A stretch of 43,749 nucleotides of DNA from Terracidiphilus sp. (lineage in GTDB: Bacteria > Acidobacteriota > Terriglobia > Terriglobales > Acidobacteriaceae). The notes under the pieces are model-generated. The model ran no database searches and had not been told where the DNA came from. It worked only from the letters and a program-made list of their open reading frames with translations. Each line of letters starts with the position of its first letter. The stretch's first letter is position 1. Below, in pieces: positions 32,139-41,019 of the stretch. Where the stretch lies: positions 1-43,749 of the forward strand of contig JBEKCW010000001.1 in the NCBI GenBank assembly GCA_050014675.1, given 5' to 3'. The position numbers and the translations under genes were made by a program.

Positions 32139-33599
32139 ATGAGCATCGGTCATTCAGTGGAACTCGACACGCTTTTCGGCGACTACCCGCTCGACCAGGC
32201 ATTCGACGAGATGCGCGAGAGCTCGGGCGATCTTCGGCCCCAGTATCGCGCCCTCGCCGAGACCATTGCCAGCCTTCCGCCCGACGAACTCCAGCGCCGC
32301 AAGCAGTCGGCCGATCTCTCCTTCCTCACCCAGGGCATCACCTTCACCGTCTATGGCCGCGAAGAGGGCACCGAGCGCATCTTCCCGTACGATCTGCTGC
32401 CGCGCATCGTCACCGCCCAGGAGTGGGACCGCATCGAGCGCGGCCTGACCCAGCGCATCACCGCCCTCAATCTCTTTTTGCGCGATGTCTACTCCGACGG
32501 CAAGATCCTGAACGATCACGTCATTCCCCGCGAGCTGGTCTATAGCAGCAAGCACTATCGCCGGCCCATGCGCGGCCTGCAGGTGCCCCGCAACGTCTAC
32601 ATCGCCGTCGTGGGCAGCGACTTGCTTCGCCTCAATAACGGTGAATTCGTCGTACTCGAAGACAACCTGCGCGTTCCTTCCGGCGTAAGCTACATGCTTA
32701 CCAATCGCCGCGTCATGAAGCGGACATTCCCCGCTCTTTTCCAGAGCTACGGCGTGCGCCCCATAGAGCATTATCCGCAGGTGCTGCTGTCGACGCTTCG
32801 ATCGCTCGCGCCTGAAGGCCGCCCTGAGCCCAATATTGTTTTGCTCACGCCTGGCGTGTTCAACTCCGCTTACTTTGAGCACACTTATCTCGCCCGCCAG
32901 ATGGGCATCGATCTGGTTGAAGGCCGCGACCTTGTTACCCACGACAACATTGTCTACATGCGAACCACTGACGGCCTCAAGCGCGTCGACGTGATCTATC
33001 GCCGCGTCGACGACGACTTCAGCGATCCGATCATCTTCCGCTCCGACTCCTCGCTCGGTTGCGCCGGCCTCTTCAATGCCTACCGCGCCGGCAACGTCAC
33101 CGTAACCAACGCCTTCGGCACCGGCCTGGCCGACGACAAGGCCGTCTACGCCTACGTTCCTCGCATGATCCGTTACTACCTCAACGAAGATCCCATCCTG
33201 CCCAACGTTGAGACCTTTCTGCTGAGCGAAGAGAAAGAGCGGCAGCACGTGCTCGCCAATCTCGACAAGTTGGTGGTGAAAGCCGTGGGTGAAAGCGGCG
33301 GCTACGGCATGCTGATCGGCCCCCACTCTACCGGCCGCCAGCGCGAAGAGTTCGCGCGCCAGATTGAAGCCAACCCGCGCAACTATATCGCCCAGCCCAC
33401 GCTCGACTTTTCGCGCGCGCCCTGCCTTATCGGCGATCGTCTTGAGCCGCGCCACGTGGACCTGCGGCCCTACATCCTCTTTGGAGACAAAATCAACATC
33501 GTTCCCGGGGGGCTTACCCGCGTTGCGCTCGAGAAAGGCTCGCTGGTGGTCAACTCCTCGCAGGGAGGCGGCAGCAAGGACACATGGGTGCTGGAATAA
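32139..33599 (+). CDS. Circularly permuted type 2 ATP-grasp protein
   Basis: QGITFTVY...[52 protein letters not shown] and [19 protein letters not shown]. Start at ATG 32139. Confidence 0.95.
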   Translation: MSIGHSVELDTLFGDYPLDQAFDEMRESSGDLRPQYRALAETIASLPPDELQRRKQSADLSFLTQGITFTVYGREEGTERIFPYDLLPRIVTAQEWDRIERGLTQRITALNLFLRDVYSDGKILNDHVIPRELVYSSKHYRRPMRGLQVPRNVYIAVVGSDLLRLNNGEFVVLEDNLRVPSGVSYMLTNRRVMKRTFPALFQSYGVRPIEHYPQVLLSTLRSLAPEGRPEPNIVLLTPGVFNSAYFEHTYLARQMGIDLVEGRDLVTHDNIVYMRTTDGLKRVDVIYRRVDDDFSDPIIFRSDSSLGCAGLFNAYRAGNVTVTNAFGTGLADDKAVYAYVPRMIRYYLNEDPILPNVETFLLSEEKERQHVLANLDKLVVKAVGESGGYGMLIGPHSTGRQREEFARQIEANPRNYIAQPTLDFSRAPCLIGDRLEPRHVDLRPYILFGDKINIVPGGLTRVALEKGSLVVNSSQGGGSKDTWVLE

Positions 33600-33634
33600 C
33601 AGATTCGAGACTAAGCGTAAGGGAGGGCGCCAAG

Positions 33635-34597
33635 ATGCTTTCGCGTGTTGCCGACAGCCTTTACTGGATGAGCCGCTACCTTGAGCGCGCCGAGAACACC
33701 GTGCGCCAGCTCGACGTAACGCTGAGCCTCATGCTCGACACCGGTGGAGTGGACCTGGAGGCGCGCTGGCAGCGTATGATTGCCTCGCTCGGCAAGCCTG
33801 TGGGCATGGATTGGAACGGCAGCATTGAATCCATGGCGAAGAACCTGGTCTACGACAACCTGAGCCCGGCCTCGGTGATTTACTGTCTCAACGGCGCCCG
33901 CGAAAACGCCCGCCAGGTGCGCGAAGAAATCTCGTCTGAGATGTGGCAGCGCCTCAACCGCCTTTACCACCAGATGCACCTGCCGCACGCGCAAACGCAA
34001 TTCACCGCGAACATCAACGACCAGCTCGCCGCGGTTATCGACGGCATCTATCTCTTCAAAGGCACCACCGATACCAGCATGATCCACGGCCAGGGCTGGC
34101 AATTCATCCGCCTGGGCCGCTACCTTGAGCGCGCCTACTCAACGGCCACGCTGCTTGAGGTTTATCAGCCCGAGCTCTTCCAACCGTCCAGCTCTGAGAG
34201 CGCCGGCCATCTCTATCTCGAGCTTGTGGGCCTGTTGCGATGCTGCACTTCATTCGAGGCCTACTGCCAAGTTTACACCGCCGATATTTCTCCCGATCGC
34301 ATTCTCGAGTTCCTGCTGCTCAACCGCGACTTTCCCCACGCCATTCACTACTGTGTCGACGGCACACTTCAGGCGATTGAGGGAATCCAGCAAACCGGCG
34401 GCCGGCGCCCGCCCGAGGAGCTCAAAGCCGGCATCGGCAAGCTCAGCGCCATGCTCCGCTACACATCCATCAGCGAAATCATTTCCGGCGATACGGCCGC
34501 TTTTCTGCACTCCATACGCGGACAATGCCTGCACATTCATGAACTGATGTACCGGTACTACGTGCAATACTCCATTCAATCGGCGCTGGCGGTGTAA
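33635..34597 (+). CDS. Alpha-E domain protein
   Basis: MLSRVADSLYWMSRYLERAEN, ARENARQVREEISSEMW and a second GRYLERA motif. GGGAGG SD. Confidence 0.95.
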   Translation: MLSRVADSLYWMSRYLERAENTVRQLDVTLSLMLDTGGVDLEARWQRMIASLGKPVGMDWNGSIESMAKNLVYDNLSPASVIYCLNGARENARQVREEISSEMWQRLNRLYHQMHLPHAQTQFTANINDQLAAVIDGIYLFKGTTDTSMIHGQGWQFIRLGRYLERAYSTATLLEVYQPELFQPSSSESAGHLYLELVGLLRCCTSFEAYCQVYTADISPDRILEFLLLNRDFPHAIHYCVDGTLQAIEGIQQTGGRRPPEELKAGIGKLSAMLRYTSISEIISGDTAAFLHSIRGQCLHIHELMYRYYVQYSIQSALAV

Positions 34598-34599
34598 GA

Positions 34600-34727
34600 C
34601 AGCTTCCAGCTCTCAGCTATCAGCCTTCAGCTTGTTCGTGCCGGAGCTATTTCGAAGCCAGCACGGTTTACGCATGTCGACATCAAGGAACTGCCAGTGA
34701 GTGGCTGGTAATTGAAGCTGAAAGCTG
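34600..34727. repeat. Inverted heptamer arrays (CAGCTnn / nnAGCTG) between the alpha-E and transglutaminase genes
   Basis: CAGCTTCCAGCTCTCAGCTATCAGCCTTCAGCT (34600-34632) and GAAGCTGAAAGCTG (to 34727). Confidence 0.7.
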
Positions 34728-34742
34728 TTTTTCGGAGCGATC

Positions 34743-35729
34743 ATGAACTTTTACTCCATCCGCCATCTGACGCGTTTCCGCTACTCGCACCCCATCAGCG
34801 AGAGCATTATGGAGACGCGCATGCACCCGCGCTCCGACTCGAGCCAGCACTGCCTCACATTTACGCTTTCCGTCAGCCCGCGCTGCCGCGTCTTCAGCTA
34901 TCGAGACCACCTCGGCAACAACGTGCAGCACTTCGACATTCCCGGCGAGCACAACCAGCTCGTCATCGTGGCTGAATCCGTCGTCGAGCAGCACCCGTTC
35001 CCCGATGTTCCCAGCTTCCTTGCGCCCGATGCATGGAACGAGCTCGACTCGCTCATTGCCTCAGGCGACTACTGGGAGATGCTATTGCCCAGCACCTTCG
35101 CCGTTGAAACTCCCGCAGTGGCGTTGCTCGCCGAGCAGATGGGCGTCACTCGCCGCGACGATCCGCTGATGCTGGTGCACGAGCTCAACCAGCGCCTCTA
35201 CAACTATTTTGAATACGTACCCCGCCACACGCGCGTCGACTCGCCCATCGAAGAGGCCATCGTGAGCGGCAAAGGCGTCTGCCAGGACTTTACGCACACC
35301 ATGATTGCGCTGCTGCGCCATGTGCGGATTCCTGCGCGCTACGTGTCCGGCTATCTCTATCGCAGCCGTGAAGACCACGACCGATCCACTCCCGACGCCA
35401 CCCACGCCTGGGTTGAGGCTCTCATCCCTCATCTCGGCTGGGTCGGCTTCGACCCCACCAACAACCTTGTGGCGCACCATCGCCACATCCGCACCGCCGT
35501 GGGCCGCGACTACGCCGATGTCCCTCCCACGCACGGCGTCTTCCGCGGCAACACCGACAGCGAGCTTTTCGTCGCCGTCCAGGTAGACGCCAGCGACCAC
35601 GCGCCGGCCCTCGATCGCAAGCTGCCCATCCCCGAGGACTGGAGCGTCCTGGTGGAGCGCGCACAGCAGCCGCCCGCGCCGCCCGTGCCATTCCTCGACA
35701 TGCAGCAGATGCAGCAGCAACAACAGTGA
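34743..35729 (+). CDS. Transglutaminase-like family protein with poly-Gln C-terminus
   Basis: N-terminal IRHLTRFRY domain, triad motifs GVCQDFTH / HAWVE / FDPTN, GRDYADVPP; ends MQQMQQQQQ. Confidence 0.95.
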   Translation: MNFYSIRHLTRFRYSHPISESIMETRMHPRSDSSQHCLTFTLSVSPRCRVFSYRDHLGNNVQHFDIPGEHNQLVIVAESVVEQHPFPDVPSFLAPDAWNELDSLIASGDYWEMLLPSTFAVETPAVALLAEQMGVTRRDDPLMLVHELNQRLYNYFEYVPRHTRVDSPIEEAIVSGKGVCQDFTHTMIALLRHVRIPARYVSGYLYRSREDHDRSTPDATHAWVEALIPHLGWVGFDPTNNLVAHHRHIRTAVGRDYADVPPTHGVFRGNTDSELFVAVQVDASDHAPALDRKLPIPEDWSVLVERAQQPPAPPVPFLDMQQMQQQQQ

Positions 35730-35789
35730 ACGCGGAACGAGCGCGGCCGTGCCAACTTAACGAGAAGGCGTCTGCTTCGGTAGTCTGCC

Positions 35790-36761
35790 CTACTTTTTCC
35801 TCCCCGGCAGCATTCCCATCAGCTTGCTCATGAATCCGGTTTTGGCTGGCGGCTGAGTTGCGGCAGGTACGCTGGGTGACGGTTTCTGCTGCGGTGCCTG
35901 CGTAGCCGGCTGCGCCGAAGACGCGCTCGCCGCCGGTGCCTGCGTTCCTCCGTTTGATCCCGTGCCGCTCTTCGCGCCCGGAGCGGCTCCCGTCGGCCCT
36001 ACTGTCGTTCCATCCTTGATCACGGGCGGTGCGCCGGTCGCTGCGTTCTTTACCAGCATCGAGATTCTCCGGTTCGATGGATCGTAGGGATTGTCTTTCA
36101 CCCTCAGCATTTGATCTGCATAGCCGCGCACCTGCGTCACCTGGTCGCCGCGCACGCCGTCCTGCTGCATCAGCCGCCGCGCCGAGTTGGCGCGGTCCGC
36201 CGATAGCTCCCAGTTGCTGTAACTCGCATCGGTGGAGTACTTCGTTGCATCGGTGTGGCCCTCAATCAGCAGATCGTTGGGCAGCGTCTTCAATTCTCCG
36301 GCCAGCAATGCCAGCAGCTCCTGCCCGTTGGCGCTCAGCTTCGCGCTGCCGCTCTCATAGAACGTTCCGTCTTTCCCCTCCAGCAGCTCGATGCGCAATC
36401 CTTCCGGCGTAATCGTGATCTCAATTTGCTTTGAAAGCTTCTCCAGCTCCTTTTTTGCCTTGATCTCTTGTTCCAGTTTGTCTTTCAGCTTTTGCAACGC
36501 CTCATCGTGAACGGTCACCGCAACGCCGTTGCCGGACATCGTTGTTCCCAGCAGGCTCGCCGTCCCCCTGGGGTCCTGGAAATACCCGGCCACCGCTTTC
36601 TTCACCGGGTCGCTCTGGGCGGTCAGCCACAGCACAATAAACAGCGCCATCATGGCCGTGACAAAGTCGGCATAGGCCACCTTCCACGCTCCACCATGAT
36701 GGCCGCCGTGACCGCCATTCTTCTTGATCACGATGATAGGTTGTGTCTTAGCCGCCGCCAT
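35790..36761 (-). CDS. motB: Flagellar stator protein MotB
   Basis: HHGGAWKVAYADFVTAMMALF with the conserved Asp and an OmpA-like domain (IEGHTD, NWELSADRAN, NRRIS). Start at ATG 36761. Confidence 0.96.
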   Translation of the reverse strand: MAAAKTQPIIVIKKNGGHGGHHGGAWKVAYADFVTAMMALFIVLWLTAQSDPVKKAVAGYFQDPRGTASLLGTTMSGNGVAVTVHDEALQKLKDKLEQEIKAKKELEKLSKQIEITITPEGLRIELLEGKDGTFYESGSAKLSANGQELLALLAGELKTLPNDLLIEGHTDATKYSTDASYSNWELSADRANSARRLMQQDGVRGDQVTQVRGYADQMLRVKDNPYDPSNRRISMLVKNAATGAPPVIKDGTTVGPTGAAPGAKSGTGSNGGTQAPAASASSAQPATQAPQQKPSPSVPAATQPPAKTGFMSKLMGMLPGRKK

Positions 36762-36774
36762 TGTGTTCCCCGAT

Positions 36775-36809
36775 TTCCTCGTTCCCTCGCTCCCCCGCTC
36801 CCTGTCCCT
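36775..36809. repeat. Octamer array (same unit as 12549-12580) between motA and motB
   Basis: TTCCTCGTTCCCTCGCTCCCCCGCTCCCTGTCCCT. Confidence 0.65.
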
Positions 36810-37687
36810 TACGCGGCAGCCGCCGGCGCGCCGGCCGCATGCCCCTTGCAACCCTTCTCCATCTCGTCGAAGCTCGGCCTTGCGTAGGCCGGAATTGCGC
36901 GCCTTCCCAGCTCAATGGCAATCATCGGCGCCGCGCCTTTCAAAAACGCCAGCATCAACACCCGCAGCACATGCAGGTAGTCGTTATGATCGTCGGCCGT
37001 CTTGCGCATATTCGCGGCCAGCGGTCCCACCAGCCCGTAGCACAACAAGATGCCCAGAAAGGTTCCCACCAGCGCCGCGGCAACGTGCTTGCCAATCTCC
37101 TCAGGCGGGCCGCCGAGCGCGCCCATGGTAATTACCACGCCCAACACTGCAGCCACAATGCCCAGCCCGGGCAGCGAGTCGGCCACCGTCGACAGCGAAT
37201 CCACAGGCTGCATCGCGCCCTGGTGATTCACTTCCATGTCGAGCTCCATCATCTGGTCCATGTCGAAAGGCTCCACGCCTCCGGTAATGGCCGTGCGCAG
37301 CGTGTCGCACACAAACTCCATCGCATGATGATCGGCCAGAAAGTCGGGAAAGTTCTTGAAGATTGCGCTCTCCTTCGGTTTCTCCACATCCATCTCCACG
37401 GCGAGCAGTCCCTCTTTGCGCACCTTGTTCAGGAACTGGTACATCATCTTCAGCGTGTTCAGGTAACGCGCCTTGGTAAACGGCGAACCTTTCAGCACGC
37501 CCGTGAGCCCCTTGATAATAGCCTGCAGCACGCGCAGCGGATTTGCCACCAGCAGCGTTCCCGCAGCCGCGCCGGCAATAATCAGCAGCTCCGCCGGCTG
37601 CAGCAGAACCGCCATGTTTCCCTTCTCCATCAGGAACCCGCCGATTACCGCGCCAAACACAACGACAATGCCTATGATGGCGAACAT
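36809..37687 (-). CDS. motA: Flagellar stator protein MotA
   Basis: QPAELLIIAGAA, RKEGLLAVE, LPGLGIVAAVLGVVITM and ALVGTFLGILLCYG. The start overlaps the upstream stop (TGATG). Confidence 0.97.
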   Translation of the reverse strand: MFAIIGIVVVFGAVIGGFLMEKGNMAVLLQPAELLIIAGAAAGTLLVANPLRVLQAIIKGLTGVLKGSPFTKARYLNTLKMMYQFLNKVRKEGLLAVEMDVEKPKESAIFKNFPDFLADHHAMEFVCDTLRTAITGGVEPFDMDQMMELDMEVNHQGAMQPVDSLSTVADSLPGLGIVAAVLGVVITMGALGGPPEEIGKHVAAALVGTFLGILLCYGLVGPLAANMRKTADDHNDYLHVLRVLMLAFLKGAAPMIAIELGRRAIPAYARPSFDEMEKGCKGHAAGAPAAAA

Positions 37688-38643
37688 CACTCGCCTCCCG
37701 CAGCGCTGCTGTTCTTGCCCCGCTCATTACTGTCCGTTTCGTCCGGCGTGTTCGCTTCCCCGTGTCCGGCAGCGAGCGGCGACGCCGTCAAGCGATTTCC
37801 GCCTGTCGATATGCTTGTCTCCATCGCCTTTCGTGCGCGCTCCAGCAACTGAGCCAGCGTCTCTCCGGTTCCCTTGGGCCGCTGCGCCGCGCCAACACTT
37901 ACCGTGAGTGAAACTCTGTCGCCCCACCAGCGGAAATCCGCGGTCCGCGCCACGCCTGCCAGCATCTGCCCATGCGCGGCCAACATTTCAGTGGTGCGCT
38001 CATGCGCCACAATCAGAAACTCATCTGAGCCCCACCGCCCGATCTCATCTGCCGGGCGCATGCCCTGCGCCAGCGCGTGACGCACCTTGTTCATCATGGT
38101 GAGGCAGGCGGCAGCGCCATGCGTCTTGCGCAGCTCGTGCGCCTGGTCCACGTTGATCCACAACACGCCGAGGGGCGCGCCGCCGTGCTGCGAATCTTCA
38201 AACTCTTCTTGCAAGCGCTCTTCAAAGTCGGCCTGACTCTCTTCAAGCCGCTCGCCCTCGGGCATCTCTCCATGGGGCAGCGCCTCAAGGCTTGCCGCCG
38301 GATGAAACACCACCGCGGTGCCGATGCGCTCGCCCAAGCGGTCGCGCAGAAGCACCTGGCGTGCAATCGCATCAAAACTGTGCCCTAACTTGTGCCTGAC
38401 GCGAACCAGCGCGCCGTGGTTCGACTGTGGTCCCGGTGGCAGATCCTGTTGCAGAGCCGAATCGTCAAGGAGAGGCTCGAGCGTTTCGGGAATCGCATTC
38501 CCCAGCACTTCTGCCGCGGCATAGCCGGCGATCGCCTCGGCGGCGCGATTCCAGAACACTACCGCGCCATCTTCATCAAGCAGCGCAATGCCGTCGGGCC
38601 GGCTGTCGAGCGCCGCTTCAAGCAATTCCACACGATCCGCCAT
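37687..38643 (-). CDS. PAS + degenerate GGDEF domain protein
   Basis: PAS (DGIALLDEDGAVVFWNRAAEAIAGY). The GGDEF-like domain has RPADEIGRWGSDEF and LTVSVG, but the usual DIDxFKxxND segment reads NVDQAHELRK. Confidence 0.88.
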   Translation of the reverse strand: MADRVELLEAALDSRPDGIALLDEDGAVVFWNRAAEAIAGYAAAEVLGNAIPETLEPLLDDSALQQDLPPGPQSNHGALVRVRHKLGHSFDAIARQVLLRDRLGERIGTAVVFHPAASLEALPHGEMPEGERLEESQADFEERLQEEFEDSQHGGAPLGVLWINVDQAHELRKTHGAAACLTMMNKVRHALAQGMRPADEIGRWGSDEFLIVAHERTTEMLAAHGQMLAGVARTADFRWWGDRVSLTVSVGAAQRPKGTGETLAQLLERARKAMETSISTGGNRLTASPLAAGHGEANTPDETDSNERGKNSSAAGGE

Positions 38644-38665
38644 CGCACAATGCCCCTCACCGAAT

Positions 38666-38692
38666 CAATCGGCGAATCAGGGCATAACTTCA
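38666..38692 (-). promoter_or_regulatory. Sigma28 (FliA)-like promoter for the GGDEF-motA-motB operon
   Basis: Minus strand TGAA-N15-GCCGATTG versus consensus TAAA-N15-GCCGATAA, 22 nt before the ATG. Confidence 0.55.
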
Positions 38693-38784
38693 TGCGTTGA
38701 TGGCGTAATAAGAAGGCTCAAATGTGGAAATAAACCGGCGCTCGCGCACAGCAGCAGGATTGTGGACCGAAAATGGCGTTGCGG

Positions 38785-40332
38785 TCAGCCCTGGTAGCTG
38801 CGCACCCACTCCACAATCGATCGCACCGCAACTCCGCTTGGCCCCTTGGCAATGTACGGCCGCGTTTCGTCGATCCACGCAAGGCCGGCAATGTCCAGGT
38901 GAATCCACGGGGTGTCTTCGGCAAACACATGCAGAAACTCGGCCGCTGTGCACGCGCCGCCATGCCGGCCGCCCGTGTTTTTTATGTCGCCGATGTCTGA
39001 CTTGATCTGGTCGGCGTATTCCTCGCCCAGCGGCATGCGCCAGAATTTTTCGCCCGAGAGGTTGAGTGCCTCTTCGAATTTGGAGAATGTTTCGTCGTGA
39101 TTGGAGAACGCGCCTGCATTCACGAGGCCGAGCGCCACGCCGATCGCGCCGGTGAGCGTGGCCGCGTCGATAAGGTGCGTTGCGCCAAGCTGCTTTGCGT
39201 AGGTGATACCGTCGGCCAGCACCAGGCGACCCTCCGCGTCGGTATTGATAATTTCAATTGTCTTGCCCGGCTTGCCGGCAGATGGCGGCATTGCCGTCTC
39301 TACGTCGCCCGGCTTGTACGCCTTGCCGTCGGGCATATTTTCGGCGGCGCACACCACCGCAATTACACGCACCTTCGGCTTGAGCAGCGCAATTGCGCGC
39401 ATTGCCCCCAGCATGGCTGCGCCGCCGGCCATGTCGTACTTCATCTTCTCCATGTTGTCGGATGGCTTGATCGAGATTCCGCCGGTGTCGAAGGTGATTC
39501 CTTTGCCCACAAGCCCGAGCACCGGCCCGTCGGTTACGCCCTCCGGTTCATGGCGCAGCACAATCAGCGCGGGCGGCTCAGCCGAGCCCTGCGCAACAGC
39601 CCAGAACGCGCCCATGTTGAGCTCGTGCAGCTTTTCGGTCGAATACACATCCCAACCGAGGTCCACTGCCTGCGCCATTTCCGCTGCACGCTGGCCGAGT
39701 ACCGTCGGAGTGAGCTTGTTGCCCGGCTCGTTGACCAGCGAACGCGTAAAGTTCTGGCTCTCGCCCACAATCACGCCCTCGGCAAATGCCGTCTCCAACG
39801 CCGCCTTGTCATCCGTCTCAGGCGCCACCAGGTGGAAGCGCGTGACGCCTACATCCTTGCGGTCGCTTTTGTAAGTGTCGGCATCAAAGTCGCCAACAAT
39901 CGCGCCCTCTGCCGCCGACCTCGCCAGAGTGTGGAGTGGCACTGCTTGCGGCAGCGCATCGGAGTTGAATTCAGGCAGGGCAAGTGACAACTCTCTGATT
40001 CCGCGTGGCTTGGTGTACCGCACGGCGGTGCCGGCGGCATTGCGGACGCCTTGTGCCTTCACCTTGGCGAGCTTGCCCAGGCCCACGATCAGCAGCCGCT
40101 TTGCCTTCAAACCAGCCGGGGAATGCAGCAATACGGTCTCGTTCACTCCTGCCTTGTACTCGCCGCTCGTGAGCACGGCCGCAGCGGCCGCCGTTATGGC
40201 CTCGTCAGCCGTCAGCAGCACCGGCACAGGCTTTGCTTCGGCGCCCTTCACAGTTTGGCTATCGGCGGCCAAAACGGCCAGCAGTTCGGTCTCGATCTTG
40301 GCTAGAGGGGAAAATGTCAGTTCAGTCTGCAT
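38785..40332 (-). CDS. pepA: Leucyl aminopeptidase (M17)
   Basis: LVGKGITFDTGGISIK, MKYDMAGGA, NTDAEGRLVLAD, DAATLTGA and WIHLDIAG. Confidence 0.97.
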   Translation of the reverse strand: MQTELTFSPLAKIETELLAVLAADSQTVKGAEAKPVPVLLTADEAITAAAAAVLTSGEYKAGVNETVLLHSPAGLKAKRLLIVGLGKLAKVKAQGVRNAAGTAVRYTKPRGIRELSLALPEFNSDALPQAVPLHTLARSAAEGAIVGDFDADTYKSDRKDVGVTRFHLVAPETDDKAALETAFAEGVIVGESQNFTRSLVNEPGNKLTPTVLGQRAAEMAQAVDLGWDVYSTEKLHELNMGAFWAVAQGSAEPPALIVLRHEPEGVTDGPVLGLVGKGITFDTGGISIKPSDNMEKMKYDMAGGAAMLGAMRAIALLKPKVRVIAVVCAAENMPDGKAYKPGDVETAMPPSAGKPGKTIEIINTDAEGRLVLADGITYAKQLGATHLIDAATLTGAIGVALGLVNAGAFSNHDETFSKFEEALNLSGEKFWRMPLGEEYADQIKSDIGDIKNTGGRHGGACTAAEFLHVFAEDTPWIHLDIAGLAWIDETRPYIAKGPSGVAVRSIVEWVRSYQG

Positions 40333-40614
40333 AAAACCATTGTTTCATCTATGGCTCGAGAGAAAAGCTGTCGAAAACCTGAGCCGGCGAACAGTTGTGC
40401 GGTTAAGCAGATTATTAGTTTCAACCATATGAAAATATTGCACTTATAAAGGGTAAGATTGTGTGTGGGCCAAGGGGCGGCGAGAGGGTTTTTGAGGGTT
40501 GTGAGCCTGAGTGCGGCCGTGTACAACAGAAATGCTATTGACTGCGCCCTGAAACCGCCTCAAAATCAGGAAAATCGGCATATTAACGGAATCGAGCCGG
40601 GAAAGGACCCAGCA

Positions 40615-40998
40615 GTGCGGCACAAAGGTGAAATACTCGCGCGAACAGTCTCCCTCCTGATCAGCCTCGGGATGTGGGGTTGTTTCGCGCTCTTCACGGT
40701 TGAGAAAAAGTTCACGACAGAGACGATGGCCTCGTACCTGATTGCGGTGCTGGCCTGCAGCGTCTTTGTAACTCCGTGGCCCTGGCGCGAGAACTCAAGA
40801 GCCCGTTTCTACGTGCTGCTCGGCGTCCTTTGGACCTCCGCAGCCGCCGGCGCCTGGTTCCGCGACCAGTCAGTGACGGCAACGCTCTACGGTGTCGCAG
40901 CGGCGCTCAGCTTCTGGGGCTCGTTGACGATTGTGGCTTCGCGAGCCGCTACCCACGCCGGCCACGCTCACGCCAGCCACGCGCCGCAGATGAAGTAG
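40615..40998 (+). CDS. Hypothetical membrane protein with a His-rich tail
   Basis: Four hydrophobic segments ending THAGHAHASHAPQMK. GTG 40615 follows AAAGGA; the start is uncertain. Confidence 0.65.
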   Translation: MRHKGEILARTVSLLISLGMWGCFALFTVEKKFTTETMASYLIAVLACSVFVTPWPWRENSRARFYVLLGVLWTSAAAGAWFRDQSVTATLYGVAAALSFWGSLTIVASRAATHAGHAHASHAPQMK

Positions 40999-41019
40999 GC
41001 GCAGGGACTGTCCGGCATC

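Noticed and set aside
35790-37687. motAB outside a flagellar cluster as a Zorya ZorAB defence system
   Set aside because: MotA is normal length with canonical stator motifs and no long ZorA tail, there are no zorC/D/E genes, and a sigma28-like promoter precedes the operon.
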